NCBI GenBank assembly: GCA_036381995.1
Contig: DASVIS010000077.1
Span: 1-50,704, forward strand
Direction of reading: 5' to 3'
Source: Vicinamibacterales bacterium
GTDB taxonomy: Bacteria > Acidobacteriota > Vicinamibacteria > Vicinamibacterales > Fen-181
Length of the DNA stretch: 50,704 nt
Both the position numbers and the translations under genes were made by a program. Shown here one piece after another: positions 33,210 to 46,403 of the stretch. Within the stretch, counting starts at the first letter, position 1, and each line of letters opens with the position of its first letter. Under the pieces are notes generated by a model. It saw only the letters and a list, made by a program, of their open reading frames with translations, was not told the DNA's origin and searched no databases.

Positions 33210-34832
33210 TCAGGCCACGCGAACGGGTGCGTAGAACTGCACCAGCGCCGCTTCTTCCTGCTCGACCCTCGCCTGGCTCCACACACATTCCGCGGCCATG
33301 ACGGCCGCGCAGCGTTCGGCCACTTCGCGGCCGGGATGGCCTGCCGCGCCGAGGGGCGTCCGCCGCGTCACGACGTCTGTCAGCGTGCAAGCCATCTCCC
33401 CGCGGAGGGCGTGTACCACCTGCGCGCGGATGACAGGAACGCCGTCGGCGATGCGCTGAGCGAGAGCAGGACTTTCGGCTGCCACGTTCAGGACCGCCCG
33501 GTACCCGCTGCCGTACGTGCTCACGAGCTGCCTCGCCACATCGGCGTCGAGGTCTGGAACGGTGCGGCGGATCTCGTCGGCCAGACCCTCGATGTCAGGT
33601 CCTTCACCGCCGGGTAAGGGCACGTCTCCCGTTCGCGCCGCGCCGCTCCGCCCGAGCCGGCGCATGACGACGTCCACTGCCTGGGCCGCCACACCCCGAC
33701 CTGTCGTGTACTTCACGCCAATCAGCGACACGGCGCCTTCGACGCCATCGTGTGCGTGATCCCGGATGCGGAAATGTCCCTCGAGGCCCAGTTCGCCGCG
33801 TCTACTTCGCGCGGCCGGCACGAGGCCGCGGTGGACGAGCGTGACATCGTCCGGCTCGATCTGGAGAGCGGGGAACGCCTGATTGACTTCTGCGATGAAG
33901 CCGAGCAGTTCCTGCTCGGCGACGCCGCTGTCGTCGGGTCCGCAGAGGTCCTGCGAGTGCGACGTGCCGACCACCGCGCGGCCCTCCCATGGGACGATGA
34001 ACAGCATCCGACCATCATTGGTGGAGGACGCCAGCGCGGGACCCGACATCGGGCGGCGCGTGACCAGGTTCATGGCTTTGACGAGCGGATGCGATCCCGG
34101 CACGCCGAACTCCTCCATGATCCGCCCGGCACCAGCCCCGGCGACATTCAGCGTGATGCGTGCGCGGACGTCGAACTGCTGTCCGGAGAGGACATCGCGC
34201 ACTCGGGCCCCCATCACTCGCGTCCCGTCACGCAATGGCGAGGAACCCCGTATGTAGTTGGCCAGGCACGCGCCCTCGCGGTCGGCGGCCATGGCGAAGG
34301 CCAGGGTGAGACGGTCGGTGTTCCGCATCTGGTAGTCGTACCAGAGCGCGCCTCCGGTCAACCCGGCCCGCCTGACGTCCGGGAACAGGCCCAGACATTC
34401 GCTGCGGGAAATCGTGCGTCCCATCGGGATGTGCAGGCGAGGCACCACACCCTGATTGCGGTCGTGTCCCACGAACGCGTCGGTGAGAAACGCAACGCGC
34501 ATGGCCAGACGACTTCTCGTCAGCTTGCGATACGTGGGCATCAGGAACGGGAGCGGCGTCAGCAGGTGCGGGGAGAGCCGTGCAATCGTGCGTCGCTCGA
34601 CGATCGACTCGCGCATCCGCTTCAGGTCTGCGGTTTGCAGGTACCGAAGGCCGCCATGGACCGTCTTCAAGTGGTTGAACGACGCGCCGGACCCGAAGTC
34701 GCCGGCTTCGACGAGCGCGACGGACAGGCCGCGCTGGGCCGCGTCGTAGGCTGCGGCCAGACCGTGGATACCGCCACCGATCACCAGGAGATCGAACGTG
34801 CGGTCTGCGAGACGCGTCAGATCACGATGCAT
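33210..34832 (-). CDS. glpD: FAD-dependent glycerol-3-phosphate dehydrogenase
   Basis: FDLLVIGGGIHGLAAAYDAAQRG dinucleotide-binding motif, KTVHGGLRYL, size 540 aa. Confidence 0.85.
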   Translation of the reverse strand: MHRDLTRLADRTFDLLVIGGGIHGLAAAYDAAQRGLSVALVEAGDFGSGASFNHLKTVHGGLRYLQTADLKRMRESIVERRTIARLSPHLLTPLPFLMPTYRKLTRSRLAMRVAFLTDAFVGHDRNQGVVPRLHIPMGRTISRSECLGLFPDVRRAGLTGGALWYDYQMRNTDRLTLAFAMAADREGACLANYIRGSSPLRDGTRVMGARVRDVLSGQQFDVRARITLNVAGAGAGRIMEEFGVPGSHPLVKAMNLVTRRPMSGPALASSTNDGRMLFIVPWEGRAVVGTSHSQDLCGPDDSGVAEQELLGFIAEVNQAFPALQIEPDDVTLVHRGLVPAARSRRGELGLEGHFRIRDHAHDGVEGAVSLIGVKYTTGRGVAAQAVDVVMRRLGRSGAARTGDVPLPGGEGPDIEGLADEIRRTVPDLDADVARQLVSTYGSGYRAVLNVAAESPALAQRIADGVPVIRAQVVHALRGEMACTLTDVVTRRTPLGAAGHPGREVAERCAAVMAAECVWSQARVEQEEAALVQFYAPVRVA

Positions 34833-34897
34833 GGGATCCTATCGGAGGCCGAAGGCGCGCGTGACGCGCGACGCCCAATATTCTATAGTAATCGGCC

Positions 34898-35674
34898 GTG
34901 ATGACATCTGCGGTTCCCTCTTCGAACGACGCAGTCAGAAAGTACTGGAATGCTCGCATCCACGATCTCGAGATCAGCGGGCACGAGCCCGGTATGCCAG
35001 GCTTTTTCGCCGATCTCGACGAATACCACTTCGACAAGCTGCATCACCTTCTGCGGCTCGTGGATTTCGAAGCTCAGCGAGGCAGGAAGGTCCTCGACGT
35101 CGGCTGCGGTGCCGGCGTGGACGCGGTGCGCTTTGCGAGGGCGGGTGCGCTGGTCACGGCGGTGGACATCGCTCCAGCCGCGATCGGGTTGGCGACGCGG
35201 AATTTCGAATACCAGGCGCTCGAGGCAGAACTGGTGGTCGCCGATGGCGAGAATCTGCCGTTTCCGGACGCGTCCTTCGACTACGTGTTCGCCCACGGGG
35301 TCGTGCAGTACACCACCAACGACCAGGCGCTCGTGAACGAGTGCCGGCGTGTGCTGCGTCCGGGCGGTGTGGCCGTGTTCCAGGTGTACAACCGCATCTC
35401 GTGGCTCAACCTGCTCTCGAAGATCATGAAGGTCGGTCTCGAGCACGAGGACGCGCCCGTGCTGCGGAAGTACAGCGCCCGGGAGTTCCGCCGGCTGCTG
35501 ACCGGGTTCAGCGCCGTGCGGCTGATACCGGAGCGGTTTCCGGTGAAGTCCCGGCTGCACAAGGGCTGGAAAGGCGCCGCGTACAACACCATCTTCGTGG
35601 GCACCTTCAACGCGCTGCCCCGACCGCTCGTCAGGCGATTTGGGTGGCACCTCCTGGCGTTCTGCACGAAGTAG
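34898..35674 (+). CDS. class I SAM-dependent methyltransferase
   Basis: VLDVGCGAGVDAVRFARAGALVTAVDIA motif I, LRPGGVAVF. Confidence 0.8.
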   Translation: MMTSAVPSSNDAVRKYWNARIHDLEISGHEPGMPGFFADLDEYHFDKLHHLLRLVDFEAQRGRKVLDVGCGAGVDAVRFARAGALVTAVDIAPAAIGLATRNFEYQALEAELVVADGENLPFPDASFDYVFAHGVVQYTTNDQALVNECRRVLRPGGVAVFQVYNRISWLNLLSKIMKVGLEHEDAPVLRKYSAREFRRLLTGFSAVRLIPERFPVKSRLHKGWKGAAYNTIFVGTFNALPRPLVRRFGWHLLAFCTK

Positions 35675-35676
35675 CC

Positions 35677-36471
35677 ATGCTTCCGGTCATCAAAGCTCAC
35701 GCCTACGGCAACGACTTCCTCTACATCGAAGAGGAGCACGCGGAAGGGCGAGACCCGGGCGATCTCGCGCGGGCCGTGTGCGAGCGCCACACCGGCGTCG
35801 GGGCTGACGGCCTGATTCTCTATCGGCGAACCGCTCGAGGAGCTGCCATGCGGCTCCTGAACGCCGACGGCAGCTACGCGGAGGTCTCGGGTAACGGGCT
35901 GCGAGGGCTGGCTGCCGTGCTGCTCGACGTCCATCACCTGTCACCCGGCGACGGCACCGTGGTGGTTGAAACGGATGCGGGGGACAAGCGGCTCGTGCTG
36001 CTCGGCCGTGAGAACGGTCGCACGGTCTTCCGGGCGTCGATGGGGCAGCCGTCGGTTCCGACCGAGAGGACCCTGGATGTCTGCGGGGAGCCACTGCCCG
36101 TGGTCATCCTCCGGGTCGGGAACCCGCAGTGTGTCCGGCTGGAGTCACCGCTCAGCGAGGAGCGGGCGCATCGCCTGGGCTACGCGATCGAGCACCATCA
36201 GGTATTTCCAGAAGGGACGAATGTCGAGTTCGCCTCGGTCGAGGCCCCCGATCGTGTCCGGATTCTCATCTGGGAGCGCGGGGTGGGACCCACGCTGGCC
36301 TCGGGAACCGGGGCCTGCGCCGCGGCGGTCGCCGCGGCGGCGTTTGGCGGGGCGAATCGAGACGTCCAGGTGGTCTCGCCGGGAGGCAGCCAGCGCGTGG
36401 AATGGCGCGAGGAGGGACTCTTCCTCACGGGCTGGGCAGAAGTCGTGCTGAAAGGGCAGTGGGTGCGGTAA
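35677..36471 (+). CDS. dapF: diaminopimelate epimerase
   Basis: Start ATG 35677. KAHAYGNDFLYI, GADGLILY, NADGSYAEVSGNGLR, VGNPQCV, ERGVGPTLASGTGACA. The upstream part of track ORF 34798..36471 is shadow frame. Confidence 0.9.
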   Translation: MLPVIKAHAYGNDFLYIEEEHAEGRDPGDLARAVCERHTGVGADGLILYRRTARGAAMRLLNADGSYAEVSGNGLRGLAAVLLDVHHLSPGDGTVVVETDAGDKRLVLLGRENGRTVFRASMGQPSVPTERTLDVCGEPLPVVILRVGNPQCVRLESPLSEERAHRLGYAIEHHQVFPEGTNVEFASVEAPDRVRILIWERGVGPTLASGTGACAAAVAAAAFGGANRDVQVVSPGGSQRVEWREEGLFLTGWAEVVLKGQWVR

Positions 36472-36560
36472 GCGAGTCGGAAGTCTTCGCGTACCCGCGA
36501 TAGCGAGGGGCTGCAATTCCTGCGCGACTCTCCGCCTTGGTGCGAGCGTCCACGCCGCGC

Positions 36561-36980
36561 TCAGGGGCGCAATTTCCCGAAAATGCCCGTCAAATGCTCG
36601 GTGACGCCGAGCGTGGCTTGCCGCACGGCGGCGTAGTCCTCGCGGCCGAGCGCTTCGCGCGCTTTTTGCAGCGCAACATTGGCAGCGACAATCGCCCGCC
36701 GAGTCTCGGAGAGATGCAGGCGCGCCTCCCGGGTGGCGGTCGCCGCGTGTGGTGAGGCCGAGGCGACAGCCGCGTGTGCTTCCGCGATGGCGGCCTCCAG
36801 CGCGTCAACCGATCGGACGGCTCCGGCTCGGTCCGCCCGCATTGGCGCGACAGCTTTCCGGTCCGCGCTTCCCGAGGCGGAGGCCGCAGTGCCAGATGTG
36901 TTCGCCGGCGGAGACCCGCACCCGGCCAGGAGCACGAGTCCCGTCAGCAGCAGCGACGCACGGATGGTGGAACGATGCAT
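36561..36980 (-). CDS. hypothetical lipoprotein (Ala-rich helical)
   Basis: Lipobox LLAGC after MHRSTIRASLLLTGLV. The rest is Ala-rich and helical. Start set to ATG 36980. Confidence 0.55.
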   Translation of the reverse strand: MHRSTIRASLLLTGLVLLAGCGSPPANTSGTAASASGSADRKAVAPMRADRAGAVRSVDALEAAIAEAHAAVASASPHAATATREARLHLSETRRAIVAANVALQKAREALGREDYAAVRQATLGVTEHLTGIFGKLRP

Positions 36981-36994
36981 CAGTTGAAGTATAA

Positions 36995-37681
36995 ATGATG
37001 AGTCGAACGCCGGCACAGACCGCCCGTCTTGACGATCGCCCGCGCGAGAAACTCGGCCGGATCGGGGCGTCTGCGCTCGGAGACGACGAATTGCTGGCGA
37101 TCGTGATTGGAGGAGGGACCGCCGGGACGAGCGCGCTCGGGTTGGCGGCGACGCTGCTGGCGACCGCAGGTGGGCTCCACGGCCTCCTGCGAACGGGCCG
37201 CGACGACCTGCTTCGCGTCAAGGGGTTTGGGGAAGCGCGGGCCGCGCAGGTCCTGGCCGCACTCGAAATCGGGCGGCGGGTCCTGGCCAGCCGGCCGAGC
37301 GAGCGTCTTCAGATCACGTGCCCGCGGGACGCGGCTCACTTCCTCATGCCGGAATTCAGCGCGAGGCCGGTCGAGCAGTTCGGTCTGATGCTGCTGGATA
37401 CCCGGCATCGGGTCATCCGGGCCGCGGTGTTGACGGTCGGCTCGCTGGATGGAACGGCGGTGCAGCCGCGCGAGGTGTTCCGCCAGGCGCTGATGGGGTC
37501 GGCCGCGGCGGTCGTGATGTTCCACAATCACCCGTCCGGTGACCCCCAGCCGAGTGGCGAAGACGTGGAGTTGACCCGCCGGATGGTGGCAGCAGGGCAG
37601 TTGATGGGGATTCAGGTGATCGATCACGTCGTTTTGGGAGACGGGCGCTACTGCAGCCTGAAGGAGTCCGGGTACCTGTAA
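36995..37681 (+). CDS. radC: RadC-family JAB/MPN domain protein
   Basis: RPREKL, ELLAIVIG, HNHPSGDPQPSGED JAMM motif. Confidence 0.9.
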   Translation: MMSRTPAQTARLDDRPREKLGRIGASALGDDELLAIVIGGGTAGTSALGLAATLLATAGGLHGLLRTGRDDLLRVKGFGEARAAQVLAALEIGRRVLASRPSERLQITCPRDAAHFLMPEFSARPVEQFGLMLLDTRHRVIRAAVLTVGSLDGTAVQPREVFRQALMGSAAAVVMFHNHPSGDPQPSGEDVELTRRMVAAGQLMGIQVIDHVVLGDGRYCSLKESGYL

Positions 37682-37683
37682 TC

Positions 37684-38979
37684 ATGGCCAAGATTCTCTA
37701 TTTCGATTGCTTCGCCGGAGCGTCCGGAGACATGGTGCTCGGCGCCCTTCTGGATGCCGGCCTCCCGCTGGCTCAACTCGAGTCGGCGCTCGGAAGCCTG
37801 GTGATTCCCGGATACCACCTCTCGGCGGATCGCGTCCTGAGGGCCGGGCTAGCGGCCACGAAGTTCAGGCTGCACCAGCATGGCCAGGCACACCCCGACC
37901 ACGGTCAGGTGCAGGGTCAGGACGGCCACACGCACGACCAGGATCACCCACACGGGCACCCGCCTCACCACGGCGACGGCGAGCCGCAGCAGCCGCAACG
38001 GCACGAAGGACACCGCTCGGTGGCCGAAATCACGGCGCTGATCGGGATGTCGTCGCTCACGGACCAGGCGCGCGAGCGGGCCATCACCCTGTTCAGGCGG
38101 CTGGCCGAGGCGGAGGCGGCGATCCACCAGATGCCGGTCGAGCAGGTCCACCTCCACGAGGTCGGCGCGCTCGACTCCATCATCGACATCGTCGGCGCCG
38201 TGTTCGGCATCGAGTGGTTCGGCGCCGATCGGATCCTGGCGTCGCCCCTGAATGTCGGGGGTGGGATGGTGCGGTCGGCCCACGGCGTGTTCCCGGTGCC
38301 GGCGCCGGCCACGCTGCGCCTGCTCCAGGGGGTTCCGGTCTACTCGAGCGGCATCCAGATGGAGACGGTCACTCCCACCGGGGCGCTGCTCGTCGCGGGG
38401 CATGCGAGCCAGTTCGGCCCGGTTCCGCTGATGCGGGTGGAACGGGTGGGCTACGGCGCCGGGGATTGTGACCTGGCCGGGACGCCGAACACTCTTCGGA
38501 TCATTGTCGGGCGCGATGACACCGACCCTCACGCACAGCGCGTCGTGGTGCTGGAGTGCGAGATCGACGACATGAACCCGCAGATCTTCGGCGTCGTGAT
38601 CGACAGGTTGTACGCCGCGGGCGCCCTGGAGGTGTTCTACACGTCGGTGCAGATGAAGAAGAACCGGCCCGGCACGCTCCTGACGGTTGTCGCCCCACCT
38701 GACCTGCGTGACTTGCTGACGGGAATCGTCTTTCGCGAAACGACGACGATTGGGCTACGCTATCAGGAGTTGATGCGTGTCTGCCTGGACCGCGAGATCA
38801 TCGTCGTGGAGACGTCGGTCGGCCCGATTCGTTTCAAGATCGCGCGGCGTGGTGACGAAGTGCTGAACGCATCGCCCGAGTTCGAGGATTGCGCCCGCCT
38901 GGCGGCCGAACGTTCGTTGCCGGTGAAGCAGGTGCACGGCCTGGCCGTCCAGGCCTACTGGCAGTCGCGCCGGGGGTAA
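37684..38979 (+). CDS. larC: LarC-family nickel insertion protein (DUF111) with His-rich tract
   Basis: ILYFDCFAGASGDMVLGALLDAG, HLHEVGALDSIIDIVG, and a His-rich insert (HQHGQAHPDHG...HTHDQDHPHGHPPHHGDG). Confidence 0.85.
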   Translation: MAKILYFDCFAGASGDMVLGALLDAGLPLAQLESALGSLVIPGYHLSADRVLRAGLAATKFRLHQHGQAHPDHGQVQGQDGHTHDQDHPHGHPPHHGDGEPQQPQRHEGHRSVAEITALIGMSSLTDQARERAITLFRRLAEAEAAIHQMPVEQVHLHEVGALDSIIDIVGAVFGIEWFGADRILASPLNVGGGMVRSAHGVFPVPAPATLRLLQGVPVYSSGIQMETVTPTGALLVAGHASQFGPVPLMRVERVGYGAGDCDLAGTPNTLRIIVGRDDTDPHAQRVVVLECEIDDMNPQIFGVVIDRLYAAGALEVFYTSVQMKKNRPGTLLTVVAPPDLRDLLTGIVFRETTTIGLRYQELMRVCLDREIIVVETSVGPIRFKIARRGDEVLNASPEFEDCARLAAERSLPVKQVHGLAVQAYWQSRRG

Positions 38980-39015
38980 CGGGTCATCTGAAGCGTCAGA
39001 GTGCCAAGCAACTGT

Positions 39016-41010
39016 ATGTCGCGTTTCTACCTCACAACCGCCATCGATTACGTCAACAGCCGGCCGCACCTGGGCACGGCGTACGAGAAGATCACCGCCG
39101 ACGTGATCGCCCGCTACAAGCGCTTGTGCGGGGTGCAGACGCACTTCGTGATGGGGAATGACGAACATTCCCAGAACGTGTATCGTCGCGCCCGCGAGCG
39201 GGGGCTCGATCCGCTCGCCTACTGCGACCAGATGGAACGGGAGTTCCGCGACGTCTGGGCGCGGCTCGAGGTCTCGTTCGACGATTTCATCCGGACGACG
39301 GAAGACCGCCATCGCATTGGTGTGAGCACGATGGTGCAGCGGATCGCCGACCGCGGCGATCTGTACGACGCCTACTACGAGGGGCCGTACTGCGTGTCCT
39401 GCGAGGCGTTCAAACCCGAGAAGGACCTCGTGGATGGGTTGTGCCCGGTCCACGGGACGAAGCCCGACTGGATCAAGGAGAAGAACCACTTCTTCCGCCT
39501 GTCGAACTACCGCGACGCGCTGCTCGATCACTTCAACGCGCATCCGGAGTTCCTGCAACCCGAGGTCCGTCGCAACGAAATCATGCGCCTGATCGAAGGA
39601 GGCCTCGAGGACATTTCGATCAGCCGCGCAGGACAGCTCTGGGGTATTCCGCTGCCATTCGACGCTTCGAGCGTCGTCTACGTCTGGTTCGATGCGCTGA
39701 TCAACTATGCCTCGGCCGTTGGCTACGGCCGCGATCAGGTGGAGTTCGGCCGGTGGTGGCCAGCCGACTTGCACATCATCGGCAAGGACATCACCCGGTT
39801 CCACTGCGTGATCTGGCCCGCCATGTTGATGAGCGCCGGGGTGGCACTGCCGCGCCAGGTGTTCGGGCATGGCTTCGTGCACTTCAAGGGCCAGAAGATG
39901 AGCAAGTCGCTCGGGACCGTGCTCGACCCGATCGATGCGGCGGAGAAGTTCGGTCCCGACCCGCTGCGGCTGTACCTCGTGAAGGAGATTCCGTACGGCC
40001 AGGACGGTGACTTTTCGTGGGAGCGCTTCGAGGAACGCTACAACGTCGACCTGGCGAACAACCTGGGCAACCTGGTGAACCGGCTCGCGGTGATGACGGA
40101 CAAGTACCGCCAGGGCCGCCTGGCGGCGGCGCCCGGAACGCCGGGGCGTCTGGCCGGCGTCGCCGAGGACGTCGTGCGCCGATATCGGAGGGCGATGGAG
40201 ACGTACGCGATCCACGAGGCTGCGTTCGCCGCCTTCGCGCTCGTGGACGCGGCGAATGAATATATTGCCGAGACCGAGCCGTGGTCGCTCGCCAGACTGG
40301 GTCAGCAGGAGCGGCTGACGCAGGTGCTGTCCGATGTGGTGGAGGCTGTCCGGATCGCGGCGGTGTTGCTCCTGCCGGTCATGCCGGGTTCCTGCGCCGA
40401 GATCTTGCGGCGGATGGGTGAGACCCGCACAGCAAAGGACCTCCGGCTGGACGCCGATGCGACATGGTCTGCCGCCGCGGAGCGCGTGGTGACCAGGGGC
40501 GAGCCGCTCTGGCCGCGCCTCGGGTCGGCGCCCGCGGCGGCCGCTCTGACGACTTCAGGAACACAGGAGAGAACGATGAGTGACGAACCGGCGGTCCAAC
40601 CGCCCACACCTGCCCATGAGGCCACGCCCGCCGTCCCAGCCCTTCCTGCGGCACCGGTCGCTCCCGTCCCGACGCCCGGCGACGTCAAGATTCCGATCGC
40701 TGACTTCGTGAAGATCGATCTGCGCGTGGCCAGGATCCTGGCGGCCGAGAAGGTCAAGGGATCGAGGAAGCTGATCAAGATGCAGATCGACGTCGGGACC
40801 GAACAGCGCACGATTGTGGCGGGTATCGCGGACGCGTACGAACCGGAGGCGCTCGTCGGGCGGTCGGTCGTCATCGTCGCGAACCTCGAGCCGGCGAAGT
40901 TGATGGGCATCGAGTCGAACGGGATGGTGCTCGCGGCCAGCCCGGAAGGGGGGTTGCCCGCCCTGCTCGGGTTCGAGAACCCTCCGCCGCCCGGAAGCCG
41001 GGTCAAGTGA
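39016..41010 (+). CDS. metG: methionine--tRNA ligase with C-terminal tRNA-binding (Trbp111/EMAP-like) domain
   Basis: YLTTAIDYVNSRPHLGTAYE (HxGH-class motif), GQKMSKSLG (KMSKS), C-terminal KIDLRVARIL...GIESNGMVLAA. ATG 39016 preferred over track GTG 39001. Confidence 0.93.
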   Translation: MSRFYLTTAIDYVNSRPHLGTAYEKITADVIARYKRLCGVQTHFVMGNDEHSQNVYRRARERGLDPLAYCDQMEREFRDVWARLEVSFDDFIRTTEDRHRIGVSTMVQRIADRGDLYDAYYEGPYCVSCEAFKPEKDLVDGLCPVHGTKPDWIKEKNHFFRLSNYRDALLDHFNAHPEFLQPEVRRNEIMRLIEGGLEDISISRAGQLWGIPLPFDASSVVYVWFDALINYASAVGYGRDQVEFGRWWPADLHIIGKDITRFHCVIWPAMLMSAGVALPRQVFGHGFVHFKGQKMSKSLGTVLDPIDAAEKFGPDPLRLYLVKEIPYGQDGDFSWERFEERYNVDLANNLGNLVNRLAVMTDKYRQGRLAAAPGTPGRLAGVAEDVVRRYRRAMETYAIHEAAFAAFALVDAANEYIAETEPWSLARLGQQERLTQVLSDVVEAVRIAAVLLLPVMPGSCAEILRRMGETRTAKDLRLDADATWSAAAERVVTRGEPLWPRLGSAPAAAALTTSGTQERTMSDEPAVQPPTPAHEATPAVPALPAAPVAPVPTPGDVKIPIADFVKIDLRVARILAAEKVKGSRKLIKMQIDVGTEQRTIVAGIADAYEPEALVGRSVVIVANLEPAKLMGIESNGMVLAASPEGGLPALLGFENPPPPGSRVK

Positions 41011-41786
41011 TCGACAGCCACTGCCACCTGGCTGATACCGCTTACGCGGACGACCTCGAAGACGTCGTGCACCGCGCGCGCGAGGCGGGCGTGTCAGGTG
41101 GGCTGTGCATCCTGGCGTACGGTGGCGCCTCGGAGGCGGCGCAAGCCACCCGCGTTCGGGCGCTGTGGCCCGGGCTGGGGTTCGCGATTGGCGTCCATCC
41201 ACATCAGGCGCACGAGTTCGCCGGGCGCGAAGCCCAGGTCGACGCCGCCATGCGCGTCTCTCTGTCGGACACTCCCGGTGTCTGCGCGATCGGCGAGATC
41301 GGCCTCGACTACCACTACGATTTCTCACCGCGCGACGTGCAGCGCGAGGTGTTCAGGTCGCAGATCGGCCTGGCTCGAGAAACCGGGCTTCCTGTGGTCG
41401 TGCATGCGCGCGAAGCCGATGAAGATACGGTCCGCATCATCCGGGAGGAAGGCGCCGGCGAGGTCCGGGGCGTGTTCCACTGTTTCTCGGGTACGTCCAA
41501 GCTGGCAGCGCAGGCCCTCGAGCTCGGGTTCCTGCTGTCGTTCTCCGGTATGGTGACGTTCCCGAAGGCCGAGTCGATCAGGGCCATTGCCGCCAGCGTT
41601 CCGGCCGACCGGCTGCTCGTCGAAACCGACTGCCCGTACCTCGCACCGGTACCGATGCGCGGCAGGCGCAACGAGCCCGCGTGGGTCGTTCGAACGGTCG
41701 AACGGCTGGCCGAGGTTCGAGGAGTCGAGATTGGCGAATTGGACGCGTCGGTGACTGGAAATTTCGCCCGGATGATCGGCGCCTAG
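41007..41786 (+). CDS. TatD-family metal-dependent hydrolase
   Basis: IDSHCHL, IGEIGLDYHY, VVVHAREA, ETDCPYLAP. The GTG overlaps the metG TGA. Confidence 0.9.
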   Translation: MIDSHCHLADTAYADDLEDVVHRAREAGVSGGLCILAYGGASEAAQATRVRALWPGLGFAIGVHPHQAHEFAGREAQVDAAMRVSLSDTPGVCAIGEIGLDYHYDFSPRDVQREVFRSQIGLARETGLPVVVHAREADEDTVRIIREEGAGEVRGVFHCFSGTSKLAAQALELGFLLSFSGMVTFPKAESIRAIAASVPADRLLVETDCPYLAPVPMRGRRNEPAWVVRTVERLAEVRGVEIGELDASVTGNFARMIGA

Positions 41787-41867
41787 CGACACCGGCGCTG
41801 CTCGGTCCACAGGCCACCGGACGCGCGTCCGCGCGTTGACACCCCGCGCGCAAGTATGGTCTGATCA

Positions 41868-44935
<3,068 letters not shown>

Positions 44936-44969
44936 CCCTGGGGCGGAAGGCCTTGATTATGGGGACTCC

Positions 44970-46349
44970 ATGAAACCTCGCATCCTGGTGATTGACGACG
45001 AGACCGCCATCCGAGATTCGCTGCGGATGATTATCGAGTACGAGGGGTACGAGTTCATCGGCGCCTCCTCGGGGCCGGAGGGCATCGCGCTGGCGGAGCG
45101 CGAGTCCCCCGACCTCGTCTTCCTCGATATCAAGATGCCGGGGATGGACGGGTTCGAAGTGCTGGAACGGATCAAGGCGACATCCGACGTGCCGATCGTG
45201 ATGATCTCCGGGCACGGAACGGGAGCGACGGGCGCGGACGCGATCCGCCGCGGCGCCTTCGACTTCATCGACAAGCCGCCGGACACCGATCGGATCCTGG
45301 TGACGATCCGGAACGCGCTGGAACGCAGCCGCATCACCGACGAGGTGCACCAGCTGCGGCGCGCCGTCGAGGTGAGGCACGAGATGGTGGGCGACTCCTT
45401 CCAGATCCGCCAGGTGATGGAAGCCGTTCGCCGCGCGGCGCCGACCAATGCGACCGTCCTGATTCAGGGTGAGAGCGGCGTGGGGAAGGAGCTCGTCGCG
45501 CGGGCGATTCACCGGAACAGCCTCCGGAGCCGCGAGCGGTTCGTGCAGGTGAACTGCGCCGCGATTCCGGAGGAGTTGATCGAGTCGGAGCTGTTCGGTC
45601 ACGAGAAGGGTTCGTTCACCGGCGCGACCGAGAAGCAGATTGGCAAGTTCGAACAGGCCGATCGGGGAACCGTCTTCCTCGACGAAGTCGGTGACATGAG
45701 CCTGAAGACGCAGGCAAAGGTCCTCCGGGTGCTGCAGGAGGGCGAGGTTGAGCGCGTGGGATCGTCCCGGACGATCCGCGTGGACGTGCGGGTGATCGCG
45801 GCGACCAACAAGGACCTCGAGAAGGAGATCGAAAAGGGGACCTTCCGCGAGGACCTCTTCTTCCGGCTGAGCGTCATCCCGATCTCCGTGCCGCCGCTGC
45901 GCGAGCGCGTCGAGGACATCCCGCTGCTGGTGCAGCACTTCCTCGACGTGCTGGCGCGTGACAACAACTTCAAGCGCCGGCGGATGACGCCGCGAGCCAT
46001 GGAGGCATTGCAGCGGTACCGCTGGAAGGGCAATATTCGGGAGTTGCGGAACACCGTGGAGCGGAGCATCATCATGACGCCGGGAGACACGATCGACCTG
46101 GCCGACCTTCCCGATGCCCTGCGGTTTGACGCCCGTCCGGCAGCCCCCGATAATGGAGGGGACGTTCGCGCGGCGTCGGCCGGCACGCTCCGGGAGTTCA
46201 AGGAGTCCTCGGAGCGGACGTTCCTGGTGCAGCGGCTTCGCGAGAACGGGTGGAACATCTCGCGGACGGCCGAGGTGATCGGGACGCCGCGAAGCAACTT
46301 GTACAAGAAGCTCGAGTTCTACAAGATCAGCCAGGAGACAGACGGGTAG
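44970..46349 (+). CDS. sigma-54-dependent response regulator (NtrC family: REC-AAA+-HTH)
   Basis: ILVIDDE...[13 protein letters not shown] receiver domain, GESGVGKE Walker A, GSFTGA (GAFTGA variant), C-terminal HTH ([21 protein letters not shown]). Confidence 0.9.
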   Translation: MKPRILVIDDETAIRDSLRMIIEYEGYEFIGASSGPEGIALAERESPDLVFLDIKMPGMDGFEVLERIKATSDVPIVMISGHGTGATGADAIRRGAFDFIDKPPDTDRILVTIRNALERSRITDEVHQLRRAVEVRHEMVGDSFQIRQVMEAVRRAAPTNATVLIQGESGVGKELVARAIHRNSLRSRERFVQVNCAAIPEELIESELFGHEKGSFTGATEKQIGKFEQADRGTVFLDEVGDMSLKTQAKVLRVLQEGEVERVGSSRTIRVDVRVIAATNKDLEKEIEKGTFREDLFFRLSVIPISVPPLRERVEDIPLLVQHFLDVLARDNNFKRRRMTPRAMEALQRYRWKGNIRELRNTVERSIIMTPGDTIDLADLPDALRFDARPAAPDNGGDVRAASAGTLREFKESSERTFLVQRLRENGWNISRTAEVIGTPRSNLYKKLEFYKISQETDG

Positions 46350-46403
46350 GGCGACCCTTCACGGGTGCCCGCCCGGCAGCGTCCGCCGTTCTTTGACAAT
46401 TTG

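Noticed and set aside
38755-40215. 486-aa minus-strand ORF antisense to metG. Similar long antisense ORFs lie at 42845..44476 (ligA), 29143..30918, 22593..23816, 23928..25376, 31684..32775, 34883..35650, 48974..50428 and 44811..45938.
   Set aside because: Each lies opposite a gene with clear family signatures. Their translations are Arg/Pro/Asp/His-rich and motif-free. They are shadow ORFs, not an overlapping-gene system.
41840-41862. TTGACA ... TATGGT upstream of the polyprenyl synthase gene as a promoter
   Set aside because: The spacer is only 13 nt, and no alternative -10 hexamer lies at 16-18 nt.
46393-46398. Perfect TTGACA hexamer just upstream of the RNase P RNA as its -35 box
   Set aside because: It lies only about 6-11 nt from the predicted P1 5' end, so the spacing is wrong for a -35 element. 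Read as part of a -10 (GACAAT), no matching -35 is found. It is left unassigned.
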